Program-made: the position numbers and the translations under genes
IMG/VR virus record: IMGVR_UViG_3300033121_001571
Origin: a virus
Lineage: Duplodnaviria > Caudoviricetes
Direction: 5' to 3' (one strand)
DNA length: 64,000 bases
The notes under the pieces: generated by a model
What the model was told of the DNA's origin: nothing
Databases searched by the model: none
The model's input: the letters and a program-made list of their open reading frames with translations, nothing else
Shown: positions 53,317 through 62,945 of the stretch, piece by piece
Layout of the letters: each line of letters opens with the position of its first letter
How positions within the stretch are numbered: the first letter of the stretch is position 1

Positions 53317-54372
53317 TTACATGGTCTTAATCTTTGTCAAGACATCATTGATTCTTTGCACAAGTGGATGGTTCTCAGGAACACCACCTGACAGTGCTGT
53401 CTTGATCTGCGCAGACAACATCTTGATATACAATTCTTTTAAAGAATTCTTTGTTGCATCAAGTATAGTTTTCTCAGCTTTGTTTCGCTCGTTTTCAGGA
53501 ATTTGTTTGAGTTTTTCTAACTCTGGAATCGGTTTACCGGCGACAGATTGTAACTGTTGCAAGTTGTTTGCAGACAAGACAGATCTTGCGTGTTTGAGTG
53601 CATCATCAAGCGTTTTATTGACGATCTTTTGTCCGTCTCTAGCTATGTCTTTGACAACGTCTGAGTTACGAAGCATCTTTTGAACTTTTTCGTTATTGAC
53701 CAAATCGTACATAGATTCAATTTTGTTACTCTTGTCTTCAACAATTCTAGAACCAACATTGAACGTTGACTCAAATGGAAGTCCTTCGCCTTCGCCACCA
53801 AATCCAAATCTGTCAGAAACTTTTACGTGATTGAAGTCTTTACCAGGTCGGTGTCTGACTTTTTCAATCACGTTGTCTAGTTTACCACCTGTCAATACGC
53901 TAAGAAGTCGTGCTGCGACGAGAGGAGATTTTTTAGCTAAAAAACCAGTCACAAGCAAGTCAGGTCTGTACATAAAAGCAGCAACGAGAACATCGTTATC
54001 CATGAATGCTTCCCAAGTGTCAGCGTACACTTGTGCATACTGTTGCCTGATTGTACTTATAGCTTTTCTTTCGTTGGCGAAGATATCATCAAAGCTATCT
54101 CTCAAGACTGGAATCATAACAGTCACTAAACTCTCGAATGCAACGTGTGCAAGAGTCATAGCTCTTTGAGAGATCTCTTTTGTTGCACCAGCTGCAACCT
54201 TGAATACGTCAGTGAAAGGTTTTATAAAGACAGCATACAGTGTCTTTGGACTGGCAAAGTGAGCACCGTACGGTCCATACATTGCATCAGACAAGTACAG
54301 ATCACCGTACCCATCATCCTCTAACAGGATCTCACCAATAGCTTCTTTTAAGAGGCGTTCTTTATTCGTCAC
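53317..54372 (-). CDS. hypothetical protein with LLKEAIxEILLE leader (possible virion protein)
   Basis: 351-aa ORF; ATACTTA upstream. Confidence 0.8.
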   Translation of the reverse strand: MTNKERLLKEAIGEILLEDDGYGDLYLSDAMYGPYGAHFASPKTLYAVFIKPFTDVFKVAAGATKEISQRAMTLAHVAFESLVTVMIPVLRDSFDDIFANERKAISTIRQQYAQVYADTWEAFMDNDVLVAAFMYRPDLLVTGFLAKKSPLVAARLLSVLTGGKLDNVIEKVRHRPGKDFNHVKVSDRFGFGGEGEGLPFESTFNVGSRIVEDKSNKIESMYDLVNNEKVQKMLRNSDVVKDIARDGQKIVNKTLDDALKHARSVLSANNLQQLQSVAGKPIPELEKLKQIPENERNKAEKTILDATKNSLKELYIKMLSAQIKTALSGGVPENHPLVQRINDVLTKIKTM

Positions 54373-54583
54373 TCAAGTAAGTATTTGCTTTGATCTCTGC
54401 GAGGATATCGTCGTACGATGATATTTTGACTGTTTGTTTATTTGTGAGCAATTTCCATAATTGCAAGATCTGATCTCTAACTTTTTCGTTACTCAACAAA
54501 CGTCTCTTGTTAACTTTGACAAGATTATTGAGCTCTTTTTTCAAATAGTACCAATCGTCGATCTCTTTTGCAAAAGAGCTCAA
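54362..54583 (-). CDS. hypothetical protein
   Basis: Short ORF. Confidence 0.5.
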   Translation of the reverse strand: MSSFAKEIDDWYYLKKELNNLVKVNKRRLLSNEKVRDQILQLWKLLTNKQTVKISSYDDILAEIKANTYLSDE

Positions 54584-54621
54584 AAACTCAACAGCAACGT
54601 AGATGTCATCATCTATGTCAT

Positions 54622-55083
54622 CTATGAGTTTTTTTTTGTAGTTTCACGTTTCTTGATAGCGCTCACAGCACCCATGATCAAGTTTTTTTGATATCTCACA
54701 ATCTGAGGAAGATCTTGCACGTCAAACCACTTTGCATCTGCGACTTCACAGTCTACGTGATTAATGTGCGGTTCACAACTTGTTTCATCAACAGGAACCG
54801 CAAACCATACGTGAACGTGTTTAGTTTCGTCTTGCCTGACGTTCACTATAGTAGTGATAAAGTTTTCTAAATTGATCTTGACGCCAGTCTCTTCAAACAC
54901 TTCACGCCGCGCTGCATCTTCAAGCTGTTCATTTTCGTTTTTTCTACCCTTTGGTATACTCCACTTCGTAGAATCCTCAAATTGTTTGATCAATAAGACC
55001 TGCTGTGAATTTCCTTTGTCTCTCCACACAACAGCACCACAAGAATTTAAGATCTTGCTGGGTTTAGCCTTTTCCGTTTTCAT
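54622..55083 (-). CDS. Nudix hydrolase (Ap4A-hydrolase-like)
   Basis: SCGAVV, WSIPKG, AARREVFEETG; leaderless promoter 55118-55090. Confidence 0.9.
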   Translation of the reverse strand: MKTEKAKPSKILNSCGAVVWRDKGNSQQVLLIKQFEDSTKWSIPKGRKNENEQLEDAARREVFEETGVKINLENFITTIVNVRQDETKHVHVWFAVPVDETSCEPHINHVDCEVADAKWFDVQDLPQIVRYQKNLIMGAVSAIKKRETTKKNS

Positions 55084-55112
55084 TGTAAGAGAATACTGTA
55101 CACAGCGTAAAA

Positions 55113-55619
55113 CTACACTCGAAGCAAACGTTCATAGATCTCTATTTTTTCTTTCTGCGAAAGAAAATCACTCATGTTAAGACAAAAACTACGACAATCT
55201 TGTGCAGACAACATGCGTCTGATCTTTGTTCCACTAGTGTTGTGTGTAGATTTTCTATCTACACATAAAAAATGCATGTTTGACTTAGGAAGAAACTTGT
55301 GTTTATATGCATTAGAATCAGTTATGTCAGAGTACACAACAAAATCTTCGTAAGGTTTAGACTCTATGTATTCAATCATGTCCTTGACTGGATTTCCACA
55401 GAATTTTACTTCTACGTTCTTGGGAAGAATCTTTAACAGATAATCTTGCCAAATTTCCATCATAACTGATCCAGATATCACAAACTCATTTTTTCTTTTA
55501 CGATCAGCCATTGACACAAAAACAACAACTCCCTCAGAGTCTTTTGATGCCAATCTAACAAGCAGATCGTGACCTTTGTGATATGGTTTAGCAGACATAA
55601 CGATTAGGCCTTTTGACAC
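55113..55619 (-). CDS. cytidylyltransferase-like (HxGH) nucleotidyltransferase
   Basis: KPYHKGH and SGTKIR motifs. Confidence 0.8.
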   Translation of the reverse strand: MSKGLIVMSAKPYHKGHDLLVRLASKDSEGVVVFVSMADRKRKNEFVISGSVMMEIWQDYLLKILPKNVEVKFCGNPVKDMIEYIESKPYEDFVVYSDITDSNAYKHKFLPKSNMHFLCVDRKSTHNTSGTKIRRMLSAQDCRSFCLNMSDFLSQKEKIEIYERLLRV

Positions 55620-56704
55620 TTTAACCTCGTTGAATCAAATCGAAGGTTTAACCTACCGTTTGCAATTCCAGCAAACGAAAACGCATCATAGTCAACTGGT
55701 TCAACAAAAATATATCCCCTGTCAAACGTGAGAAAAACTCCATCAGTGTTTGAAAACACTTTATTGATATCAACGCTTATGAATTCATTAATAAACTTCG
55801 TTGCATCGACGAACGCTTCGTGACTCAGCTGTTTTGCAGAGTTTTTAATCGTTTGATTACCAACAGTGATCAATTTTGAAACTTCTTTTAACAAGGTACA
55901 CAATTTCACTAAAGTACCAAACCATAGCGCTGTACAGCTTGATATCTCTTCACCTTTTTCTTCTAGAAAACTAGAAACATATTCAATAACTTTCAATTCT
56001 TTTGGTGAGTTTTCTGGCGAGTGTAAAACGTTGTTAACAAATGATTTGAGTTGTGATATTAGATCTGCCATCTTTTGAAAAGATTCATACATTGCAACAT
56101 TTCCCTTAGAACCACAACGAATAGCAGATCTGAAATTTTCAAGATATTTTACTTCAAACTTCTTGTGACTGACCAAGAGATCAAAGCTATACATGCCTCC
56201 CATAGTTTTCCCGCCAAACAACGTTGCAAGTCTTTCTTCTCCAGGACCACATCCAACAGAATCTAAACTTGATCTAAGAGGAACACTAAGAGACTCTTCT
56301 GGCCAATCATAAAATCGTAAAGAATCTAACGTGTTAACATCTAATAGTTCTTCAGTCTTAAAGAAAAACTCTTCTTCAGAACTTTCTTCTATAGAGACGT
56401 TGTAATCAATCACTTCAGGACAAAACACAGAATAATCTTTTCTAGAACGATTCAAATTCTTCAGAAGCGTTTCCTCTTTCTTCTGAAGAATTTTTTTATC
56501 AAACACGTGCTTTTCCTTGATAGATCTAGCGACTTTTGAAACTGATGACAGTTTTAGACCGTGAAATCTCAATTCATTTTCAAGATTTGTTTTGATCTCT
56601 TGCTGTTGTCTGTATAACAACAGATCTTGAACAGTCTTTTCATAGTGTTCTTTTGCTATCTTAGATTCTTTTTCATAGTATTTTCCAAAGTTTGTTTCTA
56701 GCAC
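55604..56704 (-). CDS. hypothetical protein, possible PD-(D/E)xK nuclease fold
   Basis: GPGE..FDLLVSHKKFEVK. Confidence 0.5.
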   Translation of the reverse strand: MLETNFGKYYEKESKIAKEHYEKTVQDLLLYRQQQEIKTNLENELRFHGLKLSSVSKVARSIKEKHVFDKKILQKKEETLLKNLNRSRKDYSVFCPEVIDYNVSIEESSEEEFFFKTEELLDVNTLDSLRFYDWPEESLSVPLRSSLDSVGCGPGEERLATLFGGKTMGGMYSFDLLVSHKKFEVKYLENFRSAIRCGSKGNVAMYESFQKMADLISQLKSFVNNVLHSPENSPKELKVIEYVSSFLEEKGEEISSCTALWFGTLVKLCTLLKEVSKLITVGNQTIKNSAKQLSHEAFVDATKFINEFISVDINKVFSNTDGVFLTFDRGYIFVEPVDYDAFSFAGIANGRLNLRFDSTRLKCQKA

Positions 56705-57732
56705 CTAGCGTACCTGTCAATTCCCATGATTTGATTTAGAGCAGAAAATGACCCTGTCATCTTGTAAAAAGATCCAGCATGTTTAAAAACTAGACCCTCT
56801 ATAGCAGATATTTTGCTTAGTTTTTTGATCTGTTTTTCTAAAACAATTGTGTGTTGTTCTATGTCTTTTGACTTAACATACTCCACTTTTTGTTTTAAGT
56901 TATTCTCTAAAGTTATGATCTGCAAAGACGGTTCTGATATTAACTCAGAAGCATTGTTAACCAACACCTCTGATGTAAAAGCTGAGTTTATCACGTCTAA
57001 TTGAAAAAGTATGTCTCTGACATCTTTGTTAGTTTTCAAAAAGTGTTCAGAAAACCTGATGCCTGGAACTGCTGACAACAACAAGTCACCAATAGCATCA
57101 TTTTCTGTCACATCATACTTGATCAAGAAGTTAGTTAACTGTTTTTTCGCTCTTGCAAAGTATTTTTCTTTGCACCCGTTAAATGTCTTGTTTGTGTGTT
57201 TAAGAACACAGTGATTTTTAGTTGCTATTTCTTTGCAGTTAGCAAAGAACTCATTCGTAGAAAAAGTCTCTAGTTCAAAATCTTCATTTATGATTGTTTC
57301 GTGTACAACTACACAGTCAACATCGTACTTCAATATATTGACAGATCTTGAATCTATGATATCAGCAGAATACCACGTCTTGTGATTATCTCTTAGAAAA
57401 GCTTGATTTCTTTCATCAAATGTTAACTTGACAAAAGTTCTATTGAGTTTTTTTGCACCCTCAAGAAACGTTTCTCTTAAGTGATCTCTATCAGGAAGTC
57501 TAGATGCAATCTCTTCTTTTGAGACTCCTCCGATTTTAGTATCTGTCTTATTTCTTGCAAAAACTAAAGACTTTAAATCATCTGATGCTGTGAAACACAA
57601 ATTTAATCCATCAAACTTCTCAGTGGCTGTTAATTTCCCTTGCTGAGCTTGCGAATACAATTCCAACAAAGAACTGAATTTAAGATTCACATCTTCCCAA
57701 AGGTGGGAGATGTGGCCAGCTAAACCACCCAT
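56698..57732 (-). CDS. DUF6267-like protein with ligase-type motifs
   Basis: GGLAGHISHLWE, TEKFDGLN, IEGLVF, YKMTGSF..NQIMG. Confidence 0.7.
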   Translation of the reverse strand: MGGLAGHISHLWEDVNLKFSSLLELYSQAQQGKLTATEKFDGLNLCFTASDDLKSLVFARNKTDTKIGGVSKEEIASRLPDRDHLRETFLEGAKKLNRTFVKLTFDERNQAFLRDNHKTWYSADIIDSRSVNILKYDVDCVVVHETIINEDFELETFSTNEFFANCKEIATKNHCVLKHTNKTFNGCKEKYFARAKKQLTNFLIKYDVTENDAIGDLLLSAVPGIRFSEHFLKTNKDVRDILFQLDVINSAFTSEVLVNNASELISEPSLQIITLENNLKQKVEYVKSKDIEQHTIVLEKQIKKLSKISAIEGLVFKHAGSFYKMTGSFSALNQIMGIDRYARC

Positions 57733-57893
57733 ATTAACTTATTTTTGCATTTGCTAATATCTCTAACATAGCTAGTTTCACGTGTTGCTCAGTGATTTCA
57801 CCCTCAACGCTATATCGTTTTTTTATCAACTCTTTAAACTTATCTGTAACTTCAACAACGTACTGCTTGTCATCAACCTTTATTGAAAACAAG

Positions 57894-58451
57894 TTACCTC
57901 TTTTTCGGAACAATTGGTGTTGGTGCAGCAGTGTCTTCTTTTTCTGTAGAAGTCTTTGTAGAGGACTTTTCAGGAGAAGAAACTCTGATCACGTTTGGTT
58001 TGATAGATTTCTTTTGTGATTTTTTAGTAGAATCTATCTTTGTGTTTGCAGGAGGATCTTCTGGCGTTGGAACCTGATTTCCAGGAACTTCCCCAGTGAC
58101 TATCTGGGCAATTCCTTTCAAAAATGCTAAGAGAGCTATCTTTTCTGACTTATTCATAGAGTCAATGTATTGTTCCATAGCACTCTTAACTGCGGAGTCT
58201 CTAAATGATCTACCAGAGCGTATGATATTCAATTTTTCAACAATATCATCGTATTCTACGTTACCAGTTTTTAGAATCTCTACATCGCTTTGAAATGACT
58301 TTGAGCTACCATTTTTACTCTCTTGGTCATTTTCTGCAGGTAGGTGTGCAGACTGCTTTTCTTTCTCTTCTAGACCATTCCTGTAGAGCTTTGCTCTGTT
58401 AGATACAGCATCCTCAAGCAGAGAATCAAATATTTTTTGTATGTCACTCAC
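57894..58451 (-). CDS. hypothetical protein
   Basis: KLNIIRSGRSF motif. Confidence 0.75.
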   Translation of the reverse strand: MSDIQKIFDSLLEDAVSNRAKLYRNGLEEKEKQSAHLPAENDQESKNGSSKSFQSDVEILKTGNVEYDDIVEKLNIIRSGRSFRDSAVKSAMEQYIDSMNKSEKIALLAFLKGIAQIVTGEVPGNQVPTPEDPPANTKIDSTKKSQKKSIKPNVIRVSSPEKSSTKTSTEKEDTAAPTPIVPKKR

Positions 58452-58786
58452 TTTGATCTCCTGTTAAATGAGATTCTATTTTGTGGCAATTCTCTGTATT
58501 TTTTAGCGTACACTCTGTTCGGAGAATCTTCTACAAAGACTTTTTTCCTTGAAGACTCTTCTAACAGAATTTTGTCTACAAATTTATCAAATGAAACAGT
58601 CTTATCATCTACGCTTTCTTTGTAAAGAAAGTCTAAAGTAACCTCATCAGGTTCTTCATCTACATCAGGTTGAAAATCTGTGTCTTCTTCTTCAGAATAA
58701 TCTCTGTTATTGGGACAGCTTGGAGACTCACAGTATCCACCCAACTCATACTCACAACCACAAAACTCACAAACTTCGTTATCCAT
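58448..58786 (-). CDS. acidic protein with N-terminal Cys cluster
   Basis: CEFCGC..C..C; ATACTTA upstream. Confidence 0.7.
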   Translation of the reverse strand: MDNEVCEFCGCEYELGGYCESPSCPNNRDYSEEEDTDFQPDVDEEPDEVTLDFLYKESVDDKTVSFDKFVDKILLEESSRKKVFVEDSPNRVYAKKYRELPQNRISFNRRSK

Positions 58787-58895
58787 TGCAAACCTAAGTA
58801 TTGTCAACAGTTCTATGCTAATTGGTCAATTACGTTTGCGTTGAGTGATTTGTTTCGTTAACTGTTTGTGTGTTCTTTTCTTGAACAGGAATTTG

Positions 58896-59297
58896 TTAGA
58901 AGCTAGTTTGTAACTTGCGATAAATCCCAGCCATGTTTATTAAACACATGTCTTCTAAAACATTGATATCTTTGATTTCAAAATCTGAAACTGAAAACTT
59001 GTATTCATATTTCTCTTGTTTACTTGATATTAACAGTGTCATTGTTGAATACAAAGAACTTTGAACTAATTTCAGAGTGTTAAGCGCTGTGTTGATATCA
59101 GTTTTAATCTTTAGTGATAATATGCCCAAAGTATCAACTACATTTACAGCAACGTCCTTTAACACTCCAGAGCAAATTTGTGTTCCATTTTGGTCTACTA
59201 TTGTACCAAGTATCGCAATGTCTTGAATATCAATTTCATTGAAGTCTTTATTTTCATAAATCGAATCTTCTAATAACTCACGTTTATTGCTTTGCAC
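58896..59297 (-). CDS. hypothetical protein
   Basis: ORF in operon. Confidence 0.65.
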   Translation of the reverse strand: MQSNKRELLEDSIYENKDFNEIDIQDIAILGTIVDQNGTQICSGVLKDVAVNVVDTLGILSLKIKTDINTALNTLKLVQSSLYSTMTLLISSKQEKYEYKFSVSDFEIKDINVLEDMCLINMAGIYRKLQTSF

Positions 59298-59311
59298 ATT
59301 GCAAATTTACG

Positions 59312-59668
59312 TCATGAGTCGTTAATGTACATAGCATCAACGTGTAATTCATCTAAGAAAACTGATAGTTCTTTATCAAGATCAGTAACTTTGGCAACAC
59401 TCTCAGACGAAAGAACAACTGTCACAGAATCTTTCTTAAGAATTATTGCTTTCGCATAGTGTTGCATCTCTTGTTCTTTGTCTATCAACGTAGAAACAAA
59501 GTACTTTCTTTGTTCTGACGTTCTCAACATAAATCTCTTCATCATATTACCGTCAGATATGTCCCATTTTTCTTTTGCAACAATGACAGGACGTTTTTTA
59601 GCAGTGATAACACTAGATTCTAAGATAGACTTTGCATACTCTTTTCTAAAGTTTTCAAAGTTGTTCAT
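59312..59668 (-). CDS. pterin-4a-carbinolamine dehydratase-like protein (divergent)
   Basis: W....MMKRF...FV......E.QHY...VTVVL......VTDLD.EL...D; HH reduced to QHY. Confidence 0.6.
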   Translation of the reverse strand: MNNFENFRKEYAKSILESSVITAKKRPVIVAKEKWDISDGNMMKRFMLRTSEQRKYFVSTLIDKEQEMQHYAKAIILKKDSVTVVLSSESVAKVTDLDKELSVFLDELHVDAMYINDS

Positions 59669-60423
59669 AACAGAACTAAACCCCCAACAACACAAGCTTC
59701 TGAGAACGATGAACCGTAAGATTGAACTTGCATATCTTTAGAGATAACACATGATCCACCTTTAAATCTCAGATCTCTATCAGAACCAACTCTGTTAGAA
59801 ACAATGATGTTAGCGCCAGTTGCTTCTGACAACTCAACCCAAGAACTGTCTGGAAAACCAAATTCAGCACCCCAGTTTGTGAGTAATGCAATAGTGTCAA
59901 CTGAGCCCTTCTTATAAAATCTTTGTTCAGGATCAAAGAATGCATAAGATTCCCTGTATTGATTCATGACATCTCTACATATCAAAGCACCTAGACGACC
60001 AGCTGGAGTGTTAACGCAGATGTTCAAGTTATCAGCTGATTTCGCCCAATTAAGATCAGGGCCCCAAAGATTGTGTTTTCTCCAGTTACCTTCAACAGTG
60101 CCTCTGGGCCCGACACACACTGCAGAATTGTACAACTTAGATTCATTAAGCTCTACGTAACCAAAGATGATATGGCAGTTGTAATTCCTAGAGATCTCAG
60201 CTAACGCTTGTGTTTGATATCCATCTTTAGTTTGACACACAAACGATGCTTCAGTGACATTTGACAAAGCTTGTCCTGATATTGCTAACTCTGGTAGAAC
60301 TATTACCTTTGCGCCTTTTGCAGCAGCTTCAAACGACAGCTGCTGTGCAACAGCCAAGTTAGACTCTACGTCTAACACTTTGGGTGCAAATTGCACAGCA
60401 GCTACGATCGTTGTAGAGTTCAA
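59665..60423 (-). CDS. nitrilase / carbon-nitrogen hydrolase
   Basis: AAVQF, VLPEL, YNSA, RKHNL, LICRD (E-K-C triad), SNRVG. Confidence 0.9.
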   Translation of the reverse strand: MNSTTIVAAVQFAPKVLDVESNLAVAQQLSFEAAAKGAKVIVLPELAISGQALSNVTEASFVCQTKDGYQTQALAEISRNYNCHIIFGYVELNESKLYNSAVCVGPRGTVEGNWRKHNLWGPDLNWAKSADNLNICVNTPAGRLGALICRDVMNQYRESYAFFDPEQRFYKKGSVDTIALLTNWGAEFGFPDSSWVELSEATGANIIVSNRVGSDRDLRFKGGSCVISKDMQVQSYGSSFSEACVVGGLVLL

Positions 60424-60429
60424 AGAACC

Positions 60430-61140
60430 TCACTCGTTACGTTCTTCACGAATATATGTTGAAAGAAATTCTCTAAACCCATCAAGTTCACGAACAATAT
60501 CTGGGTTATTCAACATCAATTCATACTCTTCAGGCTCAACTTCACCGCTAGAGTAGAGAAGATCAATGTAGTCTTTCATTGCTCGAAGAACCATTATCTC
60601 AAATTCTTCTCTTGCTCCGGGCTCGAAGTCTGTCATCTGTTGTGCAATCCACTGAGCTTTCTTCATAGCCTTATCAACAGCTTGCTTTGCACCAGCGACT
60701 GAAAATCCTAACTCCTTTGCAATGTCAGCAAAAGTGTCACCACCAACGTCTACCGCAGTGTCAAATTTTCGTCTCTTATAATCTCTCTCATCGCCGAGGC
60801 CCTCATCACCGAGATTCTCTTTAATGATCTTTCTTACTTCGGCTCTGATAAGAGCCTCAAGCTTTGGATCAACATTGCTCTTTTTCATGTCGTCGTCATC
60901 CCTAGTCAATTTTGTTAGAGTCTTGAAGACAACAGGAACGTCTTCATCTTCTACACGCTTAATTATGTCGCTTAACGCAACACTTAACTCCATTTTGTCT
61001 TGTGGTATTAAACGTGAGTACGGTTTAGACAGTTGTTGAAGTTTATCAACAACGTTATTTGGTTCAACGGGTAAACTTGTCAGCTCTTTCTTTTCTAAGA
61101 GATTCTTGACAACAGATCTAACAAATTTATCGCTGAACAT
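60430..61140 (-). CDS. HTH-containing protein
   Basis: TFADIAKELGFSVAGAKQAVDKAMKK, sigma-region-4-like HTH. Confidence 0.6.
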   Translation of the reverse strand: MFSDKFVRSVVKNLLEKKELTSLPVEPNNVVDKLQQLSKPYSRLIPQDKMELSVALSDIIKRVEDEDVPVVFKTLTKLTRDDDDMKKSNVDPKLEALIRAEVRKIIKENLGDEGLGDERDYKRRKFDTAVDVGGDTFADIAKELGFSVAGAKQAVDKAMKKAQWIAQQMTDFEPGAREEFEIMVLRAMKDYIDLLYSSGEVEPEEYELMLNNPDIVRELDGFREFLSTYIREERNE

Positions 61141-61143
61141 AGA

Positions 61144-61419
61144 TCACTTTCCGTACTTAGCGTCAGTCCACCTTCTACCAAAATACAAAGTTAACACTGG
61201 CGTCAAGTAAGACGCACACGCAGCGCTGTCAAACGGTCTTATTGCGACTGGTCCGATCTTTTCAAACATCGAAACAAAATAAACGATAGTTGTGATGACA
61301 AAAGCTATAGTTGCAAACGTAACTGTCACAGAACCATTACCATTTGAGTCTTGGATCCAAAACCAATTGTCTTTAACAACTGGCACATCTAATTCTTGTG
61401 TTTCTTGCTCGTCAACCAT
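61144..61419 (-). CDS. small two-TM membrane protein (holin-like candidate)
   Basis: Hydrophobic helices, YFGRRWT C-term; ATATTTA upstream. Confidence 0.55.
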   Translation of the reverse strand: MVDEQETQELDVPVVKDNWFWIQDSNGNGSVTVTFATIAFVITTIVYFVSMFEKIGPVAIRPFDSAACASYLTPVLTLYFGRRWTDAKYGK

Positions 61420-61434
61420 GCTTATAAATATCAC

Positions 61435-61932
61435 TTACTTCATTGATATAGCGATTGCAATCACAGCAGTTAGAGCAACACCAGCACCAACAGCAAAACT
61501 TCCAATTGCCCAAGGCAAAACGTCTGGCTTGTTCTCTGCTTTTTTGAGTGCATCATTGACTATCTTTAACTCATCAATTTTGCTTTGAAGCGCTGATTGT
61601 AACAATTTGTTGTCAGCTTCTAACCTAGTTTTCATCTCTGATAACTTTAGTTCAGCCGAAGCACGTTCATCAGCTAACGCTTTTTCTGTCACGATCTTTA
61701 CTTTTTCATCATAAGAATCAAGTTCTGCCATGATCTGTGCAACTGCTTTTGGCGATAAAAGCAAACCTGAAAATGGAGCAACTTGGTATTTTTTCATAGG
61801 TGAAATAGCCTTACCTACATCTTGTTCACCAGGAGAAGCTTCGACTTTTGGAAGTTGAACATCTTCTGCGTATGAAACACTAGAAAACATAAATGACACT
61901 GCAAACATTATGGTAACTAAAAACTTTTTCAC
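61435..61932 (-). CDS. signal peptide + coiled coil + C-terminal TM protein
   Basis: SYA cleavage site, APFSGLLLS, C-term hydrophobic helix. Confidence 0.75.
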   Translation of the reverse strand: MKKFLVTIMFAVSFMFSSVSYAEDVQLPKVEASPGEQDVGKAISPMKKYQVAPFSGLLLSPKAVAQIMAELDSYDEKVKIVTEKALADERASAELKLSEMKTRLEADNKLLQSALQSKIDELKIVNDALKKAENKPDVLPWAIGSFAVGAGVALTAVIAIAISMK

Positions 61933-62330
61933 TTTGGATCCTTTGGTACAATCACGACAAAACCTGTCTTCTCTGCAAGAGCTTTTGCAAGACCATCGGG
62001 ATCATCTTTATATTTTTCAACTATCACAGATTCAGTCTTCTTTTTCTTCTCTTCAAGAGACTTTAAATCTTCTTCATATTTTTCTTGTGCAACTCTAATT
62101 GCATTTGTATAACGTCTAACATTTTCATCGTGCTGCGCTCTTTCATCTGCTAAGATCTTAGAGTTTCTATCTAACTCTTCTTTTCTAAGCTTTTCTAGTT
62201 GATCAACTTTGTCAGAGATCTTTTTTCGAGAAAATAAAAGAGTTATTCCTACCACAAAAGCAACTATTGCACCAGTGATTTCAAGCAACAAACGCCAATA
62301 TTTTTTGAAAAACTCAACAACTTTATTCAA
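61929..62330 (-). CDS. N-terminal TM + coiled-coil protein
   Basis: TM helix followed by charged helix. Confidence 0.75.
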   Translation of the reverse strand: MNKVVEFFKKYWRLLLEITGAIVAFVVGITLLFSRKKISDKVDQLEKLRKEELDRNSKILADERAQHDENVRRYTNAIRVAQEKYEEDLKSLEEKKKKTESVIVEKYKDDPDGLAKALAEKTGFVVIVPKDPK

Positions 62331-62638
62331 TTTGGTTTCTCTTTCTTCTTTGGAATTTCAAGAACAGCTTTTCCTTGCGCTTGTCGCTGTTTTTCTGCCT
62401 CAATAGAACTAATGATGATATCTTCAACGGTTTTTAGTCTATTTTCAAGAACAGAAAACCGATCAAATATGTTAGTGAAAATTATAGTTGCGTTTGCTAA
62501 ACTCTTAGCTACATTTGCTAGATTGTCGCTAATCTTTTCAACTTCAGACTTGTGAAGTTCAGAAAGTTCCTTGAACTCAGACACAACATCTGTAACTTTT
62601 TTCTCAAGTTCCTCTAACTTTTTTTTGTTCCAAAACAT
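62327..62638 (-). CDS. coiled-coil hypothetical protein
   Basis: Coupled ORF. Confidence 0.7.
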   Translation of the reverse strand: MFWNKKKLEELEKKVTDVVSEFKELSELHKSEVEKISDNLANVAKSLANATIIFTNIFDRFSVLENRLKTVEDIIISSIEAEKQRQAQGKAVLEIPKKKEKPN

Positions 62639-62639
62639 T

Positions 62640-62945
62640 TTATTCTTGCTTTTCTACGCGAGCACTGATAAGATCATAAAGAAGTTCTTGATCAAGAACA
62701 TCAATGTTGTTATTTTTAACAACTTCTCTAGCTTCTTCAATGGATGATTTTATTTTTTTCATAGAAGCTTTTTTTATCACAGAGTTTGCACTTGACTCGC
62801 CATTAATAACACTCAATGCAAACTCTTCAAACAATTCTTGCATAGAGATTCTGTTTTTAAACAAAACGATTCTAAGTTGAGCGTGCGTATCCTTGTTAAG
62901 TTTTACGTGAATACCTTTTCGATGTTCGTAAAGATTGCACTTCAT
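62640..62945 (-). CDS. ribbon-helix-helix-like protein
   Basis: KGIHVKLNKDTHAQLRI...ISMQELFEEF. Confidence 0.6.
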   Translation of the reverse strand: MKCNLYEHRKGIHVKLNKDTHAQLRIVLFKNRISMQELFEEFALSVINGESSANSVIKKASMKKIKSSIEEAREVVKNNNIDVLDQELLYDLISARVEKQE

